Assembly (NCBI RefSeq): GCF_009914755.1
Contig: NC_060947.1
DNA: 64,000 nt
Strand: one strand, 5' to 3'
From: the human T2T-CHM13v2.0 reference genome, Homo sapiens
Both the position numbers and the translations under genes were made by a program. Under the pieces are notes generated by a model. That model saw only the letters and a program-made list of their open reading frames with translations. It was not told where the DNA came from and searched no databases. This document shows, one piece after another, positions 1 to 34,760 of the stretch; position 1 is the first letter of the stretch; each line of letters starts with the position of its first letter.

Positions 1-810
1 ATCAATGCTGCTTAACTTCTTTGCAACAGGCAGGGGGCAGATATCATTTACAAGAAATGCAGACGTCCCGCTGTGGTCCCGTGGCACTCCCCAACCTTCT
101 GCTGCGGCTTTCAGCGTGCTCCCCACATTGTCTTCCGCACAAAGACAAACTGGAAATGTTATGGCCTTTGATTTTAGTATTCATCCCTCTCCATAGTGAA
201 TTCCATTTTCAATAGGCTTATGTCACATGTCCCCCAGGTACACTCCCGTGATCACCGCTGTCTCCCCACTGGCAGACACCCCTGGTGGCCTGACGGGGCT
301 CATCAGTCAGTGATGCAGCTTGATGAGGGGCAGGCAGCTGGCCAGGGGCGAGCTGGAGCAGTGGAGTCGGTTTGCTGTTGGCTCCACAGCATCACCTTGA
401 GTCCCATGCAAATGAGCTTGCACATTGGGAGCTCACTTCTTCCTGCTGAGTAGTATTCCGTGGTGTGGACGCGCTGCGGCGTGTCCAACCACTCACCTGA
501 TGATGAACATTTGGGCTGTTTCCTGTTTGGGGCTATTATGAAAAAGCTGCTGTGAACGTTGGAGTATGAGTGTTTGTATGGTTACATCAATCCCTTTGTC
601 TTGGGTAAGTATCTAGGAGGGGAATTGTTGGCTGATGTGGTAGGTGCATGTTTAACATTTTCGGACACTGCCGAAGTGTTTTCCCAAGTGGCTGCCCCAT
701 TTTCCCTTCCCACCAGAAAGGCACGGGCACCCCCGGTGCTCCACATCTCCTCCCTGGTAAACCAACACTTGGTGTGGTCAGTGGTTTTTGTTTTACCCAT
801 TCTAATAGAT
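1..810 (-). mobile_element. Old, degenerate LINE-1 (L1M-type) 3' ORF2/UTR remnant, antisense
   Basis: Motifs such as 'gagtagtattccgtggtgtgga', 'catttgggctgtttcc..ttggggctattatgaa..agctgctgtgaac' and 'ttttcccaagtggctg..ccattt..cttcccaccag' resemble the reverse complement of old L1 3' sequence. Boundaries approximate. Confidence 0.6.
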
Positions 811-824
811 GTTAAACGTCCAGG

Positions 825-1530
825 AATTTTGAGAGCTAAACAAACACTATCATTATTAAAAAGTTAAATTATGTAAACTGACAAATTATATGAAAAATAA
901 AGGAGATACTCAAAACTCACGTCTTCATTATTCGAGCATGCTTTACTGTTGCTGTGTGTTGACACCTGTCAGATGTGTGTGGTGGAAATCCTGGAATCTC
1001 TTCCCAAGGTCACCTTCAGTGACTTCCTGTTGGTAGCTTAAGACTGGCCAAGTGGAAGTATTATACCGCAGAGCTCGGCATGCCACGGCATGCCAGGGCT
1101 TGATGTATTACTGCTTTGTTGATTGCCTAGACTTTAGAAAGAGGTGAAGAAAATGCTAATATTGCAGATTAAACTGAAGAATGCTGGGTCTGCGGCCATT
1201 ACATTATAAATAGCAAAAAAATAAATAAAAATAAACATTTTCGGTATTTGAAAACTATCATCCAATTAAGCAAAGAAGTTGCTCATCTTTGCTGCTTCAT
1301 GTTTATCTTACTCATTAAAATAAATGAAAACATCAGCCAACATGTATGTGGGAAGCACAGCTGTCCATCCATCGCACTCAAGTACAGGGTACAGATAACA
1401 AGAACTCAGTAAAAGTCAATGAAGGTATTTTGTGAGTATTCATTGGCCATGTGGAATTTACGGCGAAGAGTATATTGTGTATTTTGTTGCATATTTTATA
1501 TATATTGTGGATTTTATTATTTGTAAATTG
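825..1530. mobile_element. Degenerate hAT DNA transposon remnant, MER63/Blackjack-like
   Basis: AT-rich block with 'ttggtagcttaagactggcc', 'ttgttgattgcctagactt', 'tatttgaaaactat' and 'ggaatttacggcgaagagtat', resembling my recollection of the MER63 consensus. Family call not verified. Confidence 0.45.
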
Positions 1531-2023
1531 TGTGTTCATGTATATGTATGCATGTGCCTGTGTGTATAGCCTGTGTGTATATAGAGAAAGAGACAGGGGA
1601 GGAAGGGAGAGAGATCCATGCCTACATACATACGTGTACATTTCCTTTCCTGGAAAGCTGGTTGTTAACCATTTATAAGCACATTGCTGCTTTGAGGCAG
1701 CAGAGAGGCAGGTCACAGCCTGTCTGGGCAGCATGGTACGCAAGACGCCTGGCCTGGCCAGTCTCGACATGGACTCGGGGAGGGCGCCCGAGGCCAGGCC
1801 ACCGTGAGGCCAGGGGAGCCCAGAGTGATGAGAGAGAGGCACCTCAGCCCAAGACAGGTGAGAGGGCCCAAAACCAGAGACCCCTCCACAGAGGCGGCAG
1901 CAGCCAAAATCAGGCTGTCACCTGCCTGTCTGTCCCATCCTGGGGTTGAGACCCTTCTAGCATGCCCAATGAGAAGGGCCCCACTTGGTGTCACCTACCC
2001 AGCAGGTCAGTGGCAAGACCAGG

Positions 2024-2341
<318 letters not shown>

Positions 2342-2727
2342 TAAGGGTAACACCTGCTGGATTCGGCTGCCCAGCTGGAGCCTGGCCAGTAAGATAAACA
2401 GAAGCAGGCCCTGTCTGGGCACCAGGGGATCTGGGGGCTCAGTGTCCCCTACTCCAGCTTCTGTAGGGCCAGCCCAGGGCTTGTGACACTCTCCCAGGTG
2501 ATGCTCTCCTCGGGAAGCTTGGCTGTGACAAGATCTTCTGGTTACTAACCACATTCCCAAACTAGGTCCTGTGGGGCTTCCCCAGACCGTGCCCCCTCCC
2601 CTCCCCTGCTGCCACTGTCCTTGGCCAGGCCCATAGCTCTCCCTCCCTCCACCAAAGCCCTCCATGCTCTGCTTCTGCCCGCCTTGCCGTCGCTGTCCTC
2701 TCCAGCCCATTCTCCATGCAGCAGCCT

Positions 2728-3058
2728 GATGTGGTTTGGACGTTCGTCCCCTCCAAATCTCAGTTTGAGATGTAACCCCCAATGTTGGAGGTGGGGCCTT
2801 GGTGGGAGGCGTTTGGGTCATGGGGTTGGATCCCTCATGAATGGCTTGGTGCCGTCCTCACCTCCGCAAGGAGTTGAATTCTCGCTGTGAGTTCACCTCC
2901 CCGCCTCTCTCTTGCTCCCCCTTTGCCTTCTGCCATAAGTGGAAGCTTCCTGAGGCCCCACCAGTTAACAGATGCCAGCACTGCTGAGCCAAAATAAACC
3001 CGCTGTCTTTGTAAATGACCCAGCCTCAAGTATTTCTTCACAGCAACTCGAGAACAGC
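2728..3058 (+). mobile_element. MaLR solo LTR (MST-like)
   Basis: Starts 'tgatgtggtttgga..tcccctccaaatctca', contains 'gggtcatgggg..gatccctcatgaatggcttgg' and 'aagcttcctgaggcc', ends 'aataaacc..ctttgtaaat.acccagcctcaagtatttcttcacagcaa'. Confidence 0.8.
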
Positions 3059-4071
3059 TCGGCACGCAGCCCAAGCAGCATATGGCAGAAGCCTACACCA
3101 GACTTTTCCCCTCTCCTGCTCATGACCCTCCGCGGCTCCCCGCTGCCATCAGGGTCAGGCCTGGCCCGGGCCACAAGGAAGGTCTGAGGTGGTCACTGCC
3201 TGTGCTCTGGCCTCACCATCCTACCACCGTGCACGCTGCAGTGGCTCCAGTCATTCTGACCTACTTAGGGCTTCCCAGATTGTCCAGCTGGCTGGAGGCT
3301 CAGGCTTTGCTCATGTGAGTCACTCTCAGGCGTGGCCACCCCATCCCTTCTTACCTGACCCAGCGTTGGTGACAGGTCTCTCCCCACCCATGAGGCCTCC
3401 CAAGACTGGAAGTGCCTCAGGGTGGGGCCCCTGAGGCAGGTTAGCAGGGAACCCAAAGCACAGTGCGGTGGCCAGAAGCTGCCCTCCCACCGAGCGGCCT
3501 CCTGGCCCTACGGGGACACGGGCTGCAGGATAGGCTCCCTTCCAGGGTCACCCTCACAGCACCAGCCACCCCACCTCTGCTCCGTGCACCGTCAGGGCCC
3601 TTAGCATGTACATGTACATGTGCATGCCCACATGTGGGGGCACCTCCCTTTTCCCCAGCACCCCGTTTCTTAACATTTCACCCTGTTACCACTTCACAGA
3701 GCAGGGACAGAGACTCCAGGTCCCACGGCGGGCAAGCGCTGCAGCTGAGCTTTGTGCCCAGGCAGGCGGCCGGCTCTGTGGGCTTAAGGCCCTACTCATG
3801 GCTTCTTTGGGCCTCTGGGGTGACAATGCAGATGGGCGGCAATCAGCCCACAGCCACAACCCATCAGCCCTCAGACCAACCCAAGAGCTTGACGTCTCCC
3901 TACCCAGCCACCCACGGTCCTCACCGCGAGGAGAGGCCATAGGGGGGCGGCCCTGGAGGTCTTGTGCTGGCCCCTGGCATGGCTCACCGCCTGGCCCTGC
4001 TCAGCAGGGGGTCGAGGGAGTCCAGCCCCTAGTATCTGGCCAGCTAGTCGGAGGGTGAGTAGTTGGCAATG

Positions 4072-4077
4072 TTTATT
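4072..4077 (-). terminator. TREX2: TREX2 poly(A) signal AATAAA
   Basis: tttatt on the plus strand, about 225 nt downstream of the TREX2 stop codon. Confidence 0.8.
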
Positions 4078-4302
4078 GGGAAACAGCAAACTCTGCTGGG
4101 CACCCAGGCCAGCCGGGAGAGCACGGCCCTGGAAGCGGGGCCTGGAGAGGAATCCAGGGCCGTATGGCTGGTCAGGCAGCCAGGGAAGGCCTGGCAGGTG
4201 CACGGACCTGAGGCTGCCCAGATAGGAGGAGCCGGGGGTGGTAGAGGCCAGCTGAACGGTGGAGGCTGGCACTGTCCATGGCACAGGAGGTGGCCCTGGT
4301 GC

Positions 4303-5013
4303 TCAGGCCTCCAGGCTGGGGTCATCAGGCGGCAAGTACATGGGCTCGATGTGGGCCCACCCACGGGCCTGCTCATCGGCCCAGGCGAGCAGCTCTGCGG
4401 CGCGGTGCAGGAAGATCAGGAGCAGGGTGTGCACGTCGCCCTCGGCTGAGTGGGCTGCGCTTGGCTCTGCCCGGAAGTAGCGGTGGAAGAGGCTGCCGAG
4501 GCTGTAACCCTGGCGGCCCCGGGCCCGGGTGCCGTGGCTGTGGGCGCGGTCCAGGCCCCGCAGGGCCGGCAGCGTGTCCAGGCAGACAGTGTCCCGGGGC
4601 AGGCGGGCACCCAGGCGCCGCAGCTCGGCACACAGCAGGGGGAAATCATAATCAAAGCCATTGTGGGCCACAAGGCAGATGGGCCCTGCCTGGCGGCTCA
4701 GGAAGGCCTGCAGCGTCCGCACCACGGCGCCATCAAAGCCAGCCTTCCGGCATCGCGCCAGGCCCTCACTGCTCAGGCCGGTGATCTCGCTGGCCTTGGC
4801 AGTGAAGGGGCGCTCCGGGCACATGCACAGCGTGAGCTTGTCCAGGACCCGGGGCAATACTAGGGCACCAGACTCGTCGTGCTCCGGGTTCTCCAGGGAG
4901 GAGCGGTGGACAGCAAAGAGGGACAGCTCGGCAATCTCGGGCTCCACACTGGGGAGCCCAGTGGCTTCCAGGTCCAGGAAGACAAAGGTCTCGGCCCGGG
5001 GTGCCTCGGACAT
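4303..5013 (-). CDS. TREX2: Three prime repair exonuclease 2 (DEDDh 3'-5' exonuclease), 236 aa, single coding exon
   Basis: ATG at 5013 (MSEAPRAETFVFLDLEATG). ExoI DLE, ExoII HNGFDYD and ExoIII HSAEGD motifs, plus the Arg-rich DNA-binding loop TRARGR. 711 nt = 236 aa + stop. Acceptor CAG precedes 5047. Confidence 0.97.
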   Translation of the reverse strand: MSEAPRAETFVFLDLEATGLPSVEPEIAELSLFAVHRSSLENPEHDESGALVLPRVLDKLTLCMCPERPFTAKASEITGLSSEGLARCRKAGFDGAVVRTLQAFLSRQAGPICLVAHNGFDYDFPLLCAELRRLGARLPRDTVCLDTLPALRGLDRAHSHGTRARGRQGYSLGSLFHRYFRAEPSAAHSAEGDVHTLLLIFLHRAAELLAWADEQARGWAHIEPMYLPPDDPSLEA

Positions 5014-5591
5014 GGTGATGTTCCCACGGGGATAGCAAGTCCTCAAACTGTCCGAGCGAGAGGCACAAACCCTGAGGACTGGAGAGAGGGGTTCGCCCGG
5101 GCCCTGCTGTGTACCATCCTCCCCCTAGCCAAAGCTCTGACCCTTCTGGGGCTCACTTCCTGCCACCCCCGACCACAGCACCTGTGACCTTTGGCTCTGG
5201 GAGCGTCAGCCCCACTCCTGTCACCTACTGAACAGAAAAGGCAGGCCTCAGAGCGCTCTACTGCCTGCCTCCAGCCACAGTCCCCAGCAGGGATTGGGAG
5301 AGGCAGAGGCAGCTCAGGGACCGCACCTTGGCGGGGTCCAGCCCCTTCACCGGAATGCCTTGGCTGGGAACCTGGGGCATAGCACACTGGGTCTCCAGCC
5401 CTGGAACCAGCTGCCGGGAAGCAGGCAAGCAGCCACCCGAAAGAGCCCATGCAGTGCACCCAGCTCCCGCTGGGCTCGACCTCCCCACCCTTGTCCCTGG
5501 CACACAGGTGCTGGTCCCGAGCTGGCCTCTGCCTGCTTGCCCCCAGGCTCCCGGGGAGACTGTCCTTGCCAACCCCACCACACCAGCTTAC

Positions 5592-5800
5592 CTGGGGCGG
5601 GCACTGACCGGCTTCCTGGGCTTCTGGGCACCTGTCGCCACACAGGCTGCTCTAGGCGGCCTTTAATCAGCGGCCGCAGCCCGCCCCCAGCTGCCTGTTG
5701 GCCAACAATGAGGCCTGGGGCCTCAGGACCTGCGCAGCCGGCTCGCTCGCCACCCCCTCGCTAGCTCACAGCCACTGAGACACACGCCCCGTGTTTACAA
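5592..5800 (-). promoter_or_regulatory. TREX2: Probable TREX2 promoter and short non-coding exon 1 (about 5635 to 5592)
   Basis: Strong donor CCCCAG|GTAAGC (exon ends 5592). TATA-like ATTAAA at 5662-5667 on the minus strand. GC/KLF boxes and a FOX-like GTAAACAC (5791-5798) lie upstream. TSS is inferred. Confidence 0.6.
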
Positions 5801-7330
5801 ATTAGGAAGCAGGCCCCGAGCTCTTCACAGGCACGGGGAGGAAGCCAGAGTGGTGCGGAAGGCAGTAACCTCCACCTAGCCAGGCTGTGGCTGCCAGGCC
5901 TGGCAGGCCTGGGGTCAATGCCTCCCCCATGCTGGGGCCAATGCCTCCCCCATGCTGGGGCCAGTTACACAAAGGCAACAGGTCCTCTTTGCCAGGCCTC
6001 AGTCTCCCCGTCACTGGAGATCAGGTGCCGCTCGTGGGGATGAAGCGAGCTCTGGAGTGTGACCAAGGTGCCCACACATGCCGTGCTCAGCCTCCAAAGG
6101 GGAAGGGGTGCTCCCCCAAAACCTAGGGATGGGGCAGCCTCGGGAGATGCTATCTGCTTTAAGGACGTCGCTTCATCATGTCTACCGTGCACCTAACAGT
6201 GGCTGCTGGGGAAGGAAGGGAGGTGGGCCTGGCCCGGGAGCTGTGCAGGCCGCAGCTGAGCTAATGCTTCCTCCACCACAGATAAGCAACGTTAGGGGGT
6301 GGGCCAGGAGCGCCGGGACTACAGGAGGAGTGAAGCCCAGCCCCTCGGACCCCAGGCTCAGGGACCTGCCCTGTCTATCCCGCTCCAGGCAAAGGGCACC
6401 AGGTCCTTCCCGGTCCTGCGAGCAGTGGCGCCCTGAAGACCTCATTCTGGAGCAAGAGACAACAGCCCTTGATGGTGGGTGCACTGCAGGGCCAGCCCCA
6501 TGCTGGGGGCACAGAGAGGTGACCAAGAGGAGTCCCTTGGCCTATAAATCAGGTGGTGCACCTGCACCATGGTGACCACAGGCCGGCCCGGCCTCCCACC
6601 TCTCACAGTGGTGGCTGGGGGATGCCTCAGGCGACTGGGATGGAGGGGGGTCTGGCACCTGGCTCCTCCTGGCCTCCTTGCCTTGTGTGCCCACAGGGAC
6701 CTTGGGGAAGCAAAGGAGATGGTGCCAGGAGGGAGCAGGGTGGGGCGGGCAGCAGCAGGTACAATGGCCCCAAGGAGGCAGAGGCCCTACCAGTCACGCC
6801 TGTTCCGGTACTCACAGGGAGGGAGGCAGCTGTGACAGGCACACTGCTCAGGGAGATACTGGGTCACCCTGGGAAGCCCAGACAGCATCTTCCTGGACAA
6901 CCAGTCAGGCTGAATTCCCCAGCCCAGAGCTGAGCGCCCAGCCAGGGAGGAGCAGGAAACTGGTACCCCGCGGGGGATCCAGGGGCACTCAAGGAGGGCG
7001 GCTGAGGGGTGCGTCTCGCACAGGACCCTAAGGCCAGCCGGGGGAGGCGACAGTGGGTTCTCTGCTTTCAAGTGGCTGGCAGCAGCAGGGAGGAGTGGAG
7101 CCACAGGAAGAGGACGCAGCCCAGGCCCGCCAAGATGACAGGAGGGCCGCCGCCAGCCTGCCCAGACCTGGGCCACCTGAGCAGCTCAGGACAAGGGGAA
7201 GGAGAGAGACATAGAGCTGAGGAAGCAGAAAGCAGGCTGGAGGCAACTGCTTAGAAACCAAGGCTTTCTTTGTGTCCAAGTCAAACCGCCCGTCTGTCTC
7301 TCCCTCCCCAAAGGGGCCAAAGGTCCCTGC

Positions 7331-7425
7331 CTAGAGCACAACGTGGGGCTGCAACGGCTTCTGCTGCCACAATCATCCATCCTCGGCCAACTCGATCTTG
7401 GGAGAGGGCTTCCTGCCCGCCCCAT
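7331..7425 (-). CDS. TREX2: Upstream coding segment of the long TREX2 isoform (MGRAGSPLPRSSWPRMDDCGSRSRCSPTLCS), inside the HAUS7 3' UTR
   Basis: 95 nt (31 codons + AG). Splicing from the GC donor at 7330 to the acceptor at 5047 gives ...LCS-S-LRTCYPRGNIT-MSEAP, a 43-aa extension (279 aa total). This matches my recollection of the long TREX2 isoform. Confidence 0.7.
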
Positions 7426-7460
7426 CCTGTGCTTTGGCGTAGGCCATCACTGAAGACTTT

Positions 7461-30168
<22,708 letters not shown>

Positions 30169-30347
30169 GCCCTGGCTTCACTGGCCGGCAAGACCGCCAA
30201 TCAACCTCCAGCGTTCTTCCCGCCCACCCGCCTGCGCCCACCCCCTTCCCGACCGACCCTTCCCATTGGGCGACATCTCCGCCTGCGCGGGCCCCGGGCT
30301 CCCACCCCCCGCCCCGGCACCACCCAGAGGCAGGACCACAGTGAAGC

Positions 30348-30475
30348 GGGCAGGGCGGACACAGGGAAGGGGGCGGGGCGGACACAGGGAAGGGGGCGGG
30401 GCGGACACCGGGAAGGAGGCGGGGCGGACACCGGGAAAGGGGCGGGGCGGACACCGGGAAGGGGCGGGGCGAACG
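30348..30475. repeat. Minisatellite, about 23-bp unit x ~5.5 (GGGCGGGGCGGACACCGGGAAGG)
   Basis: Units read directly from the sequence, with minor variants (CAG/CCG, AAGG/AAAG). Confidence 0.9.
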
Positions 30476-30759
30476 GGCCAAGCTGGCTCTGAGTCGCAGG
30501 CCTTGCTGGCGTCGCCCCTGCTGCCGGCCGGGAATGATGATGCGTTGAAGCGAGGCTCTTCCAGGAGGGGGCGCTCCTGCCTTGGTCGGGTTCTCCTGGG
30601 CCACCACCACTAAGGGGCACCCTGGTTCCCAGGAGGACCAAGGGGAGCCTTGGGTGCAGAATGGAACTCGGACTGAAGCGTTCCTCTCCCAGCGCGGGGC
30701 TCCGTCTTCTCTTCACCATGCTCACGCTGTAGTTAGAAGGAAATTTCTTGTCACTCACC

Positions 30760-30935
30760 AGCTGTGTGCCTTTGAACCAGTTACCTAACCTCTCTGTGCC
30801 TCTTTGCCGTCACCTAATGGAGCTAATGAGAGCACCTTACCCACTGGGTTGCTAATGAGGATGGCAGGCGGTAATAATTCCTGTGGAATCCCTAGAACAG
30901 TGCCCGGCGCATGCGAAGAACCACGTAAATGCTCA
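30760..30935 (+). mobile_element. MIR SINE remnant
   Basis: 'agctgtgtgcctttgaaccagttacctaacctctctgtgcctc..taatggagctaatgagagcacctta..gggttgct..gaggat..cctagaacagtgcccggc'. Confidence 0.6.
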
Positions 30936-33900
30936 CTATTGTAATACATGCTGGGCCCTGCTCCCCTCACGGCTCCTGGGGCTACCTGTGGCTCCTTCCT
31001 ATCCTGTCTACTTAACAAATTTTTCTACATCCCTCAGGACCCTCAAACTCAATGCGTCTGCAATGAAATATGTCAGTCGCTCCTCCCCCAGACCTGCAAA
31101 GCCCCCAGTTCACTGAATGCCCCTTACCCAGGGACCTGCTGATTGGGCAAGGCAGGAAGGAGTTGGAGGGTGGCTTGTGCCCAGTAGCCAGGAGACAGCA
31201 GCAGGCAGCTGCCACTGTGCCCTCCTCTGTGCCCTACCCTGCCATCTCCTGGAGGGTGGGATCAGGGGGCAAGTCTATAGTCAGGGAGACCCAGGGACCT
31301 GCTGGGAGGCAACTGCAGTCATCCAAGTGACAGGAGGGGACTTCACTCTGTCCTGGGAGGAGGGAGCGGGCAGGAGTCCGGGGGTCACAGGAAGGGACCT
31401 CAGCCTGGGAGGCCCCGACACAGGCCCAGCGAAGTGCCTCAAGGTTGCTCTCTACCCTTCCACGTGGCTGCTGCCTCAGGCCCTTCTGGTAGCTGAGGGC
31501 TGTCAAAGGCTTTGGGATTTTTTTTTAAGCGTTTTTTTCCCTCTTTTTTGTTTTTGTTTTTCTTTCTTTCTTTTTAGAAAATTTCATCTCAATCACAGCC
31601 CCAGCTCAGACATTCAAATTCTTGTGGGTTTTTCTGTGGATCTTTCCTAGGACTGGGGAATTTGGCGGAAGAAACCACGGCAGTGTGGCAGCCTCCCCCA
31701 ACCCTCCCCATATTCTCTGCTCCTGAGGACCGGGAAGAAACCAGCTCCTGTGTACTCTGGAAGAAAATCTCCCTCCTCCACCCAGCTCCACGGAGCCAGT
31801 GTGCTCAACAGGCCTCCCCAACCTCAGCAGTTCAGTCTATGGGACCCTGAGGAACTGGCAGGGCCTTGAGAGGCGAAGATCATCTTGAGAGGTTATGGAG
31901 GCCATCCCCCTCATGGAGAACCTGTTGGCCAGCCCTCAGCCCCTGGAGATGGTCGCTGAAGACCCAGCAGCAGGCTGCAGCTTCCCTGCCCACGCCACCC
32001 CACCACCCACCACCCACCACCCACCACCCGCCACCCACCACCCGCCCCCAGAATCATAGCACCTCCCAGGCATCTTCCTCCGGAAAAGCTGGAGGCTGGG
32101 GAGGGAACAGAGAGGCTGCTGGGCCTCTCAGGAAGGGGGAAAGAAGGGGCCCAGAGGTAGAAGCTTCTGGAAATGTGGACTCAAGCTCAGTCCAAGAAAG
32201 CACTCCTCCCAGAAATCACTGTCTGAACACCAGCTGGCTGCCAGGAGAGGAAGGGAGCTCCCGGTCCTAGAAGGTCTACAAGCCCAGGGAGGTGGGTGGG
32301 CGGGGATGTGGAGGGTTGAGTCCTACCATGGGGGAGGGAGGGGGCACATCTCTAAGGGACATTCCAACCCAGAGACCCCAGGTTCTCTGAGGGAGGCCTG
32401 GGTGGGTCAGGAGCCAAAAATGTGGCTGAAGGACCCATTGACCTGGAGGAGGGATGTTGGGGGGAAGCTGTGGATGTGGCGGGGAAGCTGGGGGGTCCTG
32501 GTCATGGAGGAAAGTTGGCCATGCGTCCCAGCAGGGCCTCAGCCGTGTCAGTGCTTGGAAAACACGTTGGAAAATGAGACTGGTTCACGGCACTGGCCCC
32601 GCTGTGCCAGAGATGGGCTGGCGGGTGCTGGTGGCATTCGAGACCTCTCAGTTTGTGTGGTGGGCCCAGAGATATATGGCCAAACAGTTGAGCTCACCAA
32701 GTGGGCAGCCTCCCTGACCTGTGGAGGGTATTGAAAAAGTCCTCAGAGCATCCGGGCCCTGCTCTTCATATGACCTTAAGGGCAGACCCCACGGTGCAGC
32801 GGGAATCAACCAGGGACCCCCCAATCCCCCAAAGACACCGCGAATCAAAGGAAGCTGAAGTCCAAGGGCTTTCCTCTCTGCAGAGGCGGGTCTGCTTCTG
32901 GCAGGGGCTGGAGTTAGACCTGAGGGGGAGCCACCCCACCTGGGGGCGCCTAGGCCCTAGAATGCTGTCAGAGCTAAAGCCCTAGAAGGCCTTGCTCCAC
33001 GGGGCCACTTCGACTCCCGGCCCTGAACCAGGGAACCTGGGGAGGAGCCTTTGAGGGACTGAAGTGTCCTCCATCACCCCCCACCCCTGGCCACTAAAGT
33101 TCCTCAGTAAGGGTGGAGAGTACCAAATGCAAGCTGTTGAAGACAAGGCAAGTGTGTGCGTGTGTGTGCGTGTGTGTGTTTTGGGGAGAGTTCAGGTCTA
33201 AGATGAGAAGCTGATCACACCCATGCGAGAAGCAAGTGGTGAGCCCTGGCATTGGGTTTGAGGGAGAAATGTGACAGAGTAATGAGGTCAGGCTCAGGAC
33301 GGTCTGAGTGTGAGGCTCTCCGCAGGCAAGGCAAAGCCAGGGGGCTGCCTCTGCCTCCCCTCCCCTCCCTCCCCGTCCTGTCCTCCTCTCCCTCTTCCTT
33401 CTCCTCATCTCCTCCCTGTCTTCCTGGGACCTCTCTGCTGCTAAGCTGCCAGGCTGAGCTGTTGGTCACCCATCCACCCTGCATCCTGGCATGCAGGCTC
33501 AGTACCCAGGTCTTGCGGGCAGCCCACGCCATCTGCACCAGCCAGGAGCCCACCCGAAACCCAGCCCTATCCTTGCAGATGGGGGAAGGGATGGAGAACA
33601 CGAAAGCAGGGGTGGGGGCCTTGCAAATGAGACAAGGAAGTGGCTGTAAGCTTGGGGGAGCCCTGCGGCCTGTGGCCCTAACTCTGGAGGGACCACACTG
33701 TCAACCTGGGAGCTGCCTGAAGACTCAACTCTACAACGTTCTCCTCCTAGGCCTCCGTGTTCATCTTTGGAGTCTACTGGCATATGAGAATGGAGAGGCT
33801 GCCTTGGGACCTTGGCTTCCTCTTCCTGTCACTTCTAGTCCCTATGCTGGGCCTCCTGCTTTAGGGCCCCACCCTCACCTCCTGCAGTTGAGGGGCCCTC

Positions 33901-34279
33901 ACCTGCCCCATCCTGCCCCCAGGCCACCAGCTCCTGCAAGAGCACATTCCGCAGCGCAGTCAGCATGGTACCACCATCGCCATCACCATCGCCTCCAGTG
34001 GGCCTGGAGGTGCTACCATCACCTACCCCGCCCTGTCCCCCAGGCCACAGGCTCCTGCAAGAGGGCAGGGCCTGCGACCTAGGGCGACCCTTGCTCTGAG
34101 GCCAGAGGCAGTTGTAGGGGGTGTGGACAGAGTCTGGCTGGCAGGGAGGCAGTGGCTCAGCGGTCCATCTTTGTCCTCCTGCCCCGGGCCCCAAAAATGG
34201 GAGGGATGGTCTGGGGCCCTGGGGACCTTTGGGTTTCCCGCTTCTGCCCTCGAACTGCCTGTTTGCAGTGGACGCAACG

Positions 34280-34760
34280 GGAGAGGCGGGGGCGGGGGCG
34301 GGGGCGGGGGCGGGGGCGCGGGCGCTGGCGCGGGATGGGCGAGTGGCTGCGCGTGCACGCGGCTCGCGGGAGGTGGCGGGCGGGGGCGAGCGCTGCTGCA
34401 CGTGCGCGGGGCGCAGCCGCGCAGGCGGCGGCAAAGGAAACGGCGGCGGGCGGGATCGCCCCCTCCGCGGGGAGACGCTCGGGTCTAGACGGCTTGGCAA
34501 GGCCGGCGGGGCTGAGTCACATGCGTCTGGAGCGGGAAGCGAGGGCGCCAGGACGGGAACACGAACGTGCCCGCTCGGAGGGCCGGCCGGGGGAGGGGGC
34601 GCCCGCCTCGCCTTCTTGCTTTGCCCGAGCTCCCCGGCCGGGCCTGAGCTCCAGCTTCTGCCCAACCTCCGTTCCCTGCCGAGGTCCTCGAAGCCCACCG
34701 GAGGGGATGGGGCGGGGCCGCTTTCACACGGAGTCCAGCGAAGCCACGCTATGGGCGGGA
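34280..34760. promoter_or_regulatory. CpG island with no annotated gene start, containing a (GGGGGC)n GC-box run and an AP-1 site
   Basis: Very CpG-dense. (GGGGGC)-type run at 34284-34320; TGAGTCA at 34513-34519; CACGTG E-box. Confidence 0.7.

Noticed and set aside
5014-5046. ORF-track N-terminal extension of TREX2 (MRTCYPRGNIT) from a TTG start
   Set aside because: TTG is not a normal eukaryotic start and sits 1 nt inside the splice acceptor. The segment is coding only in the spliced long isoform.
6541-6550. TATAAA on the plus strand between TREX2 and HAUS7
   Set aside because: Isolated hexamer with no supporting downstream exon or ORF; cannot be called a promoter from sequence alone.
30348-30475. 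Regularly spaced repeats as a CRISPR-like array
   Set aside because: Units are contiguous with no unique spacers and the context is eukaryotic; it is a minisatellite.
33845-34080. ATG CTG GGC CTC CTG CTT TAG and a His-rich stretch as a possible decayed signal-peptide exon
   Set aside because: Immediate stops, no consistent frame or donor, and a better start exists at 38827.
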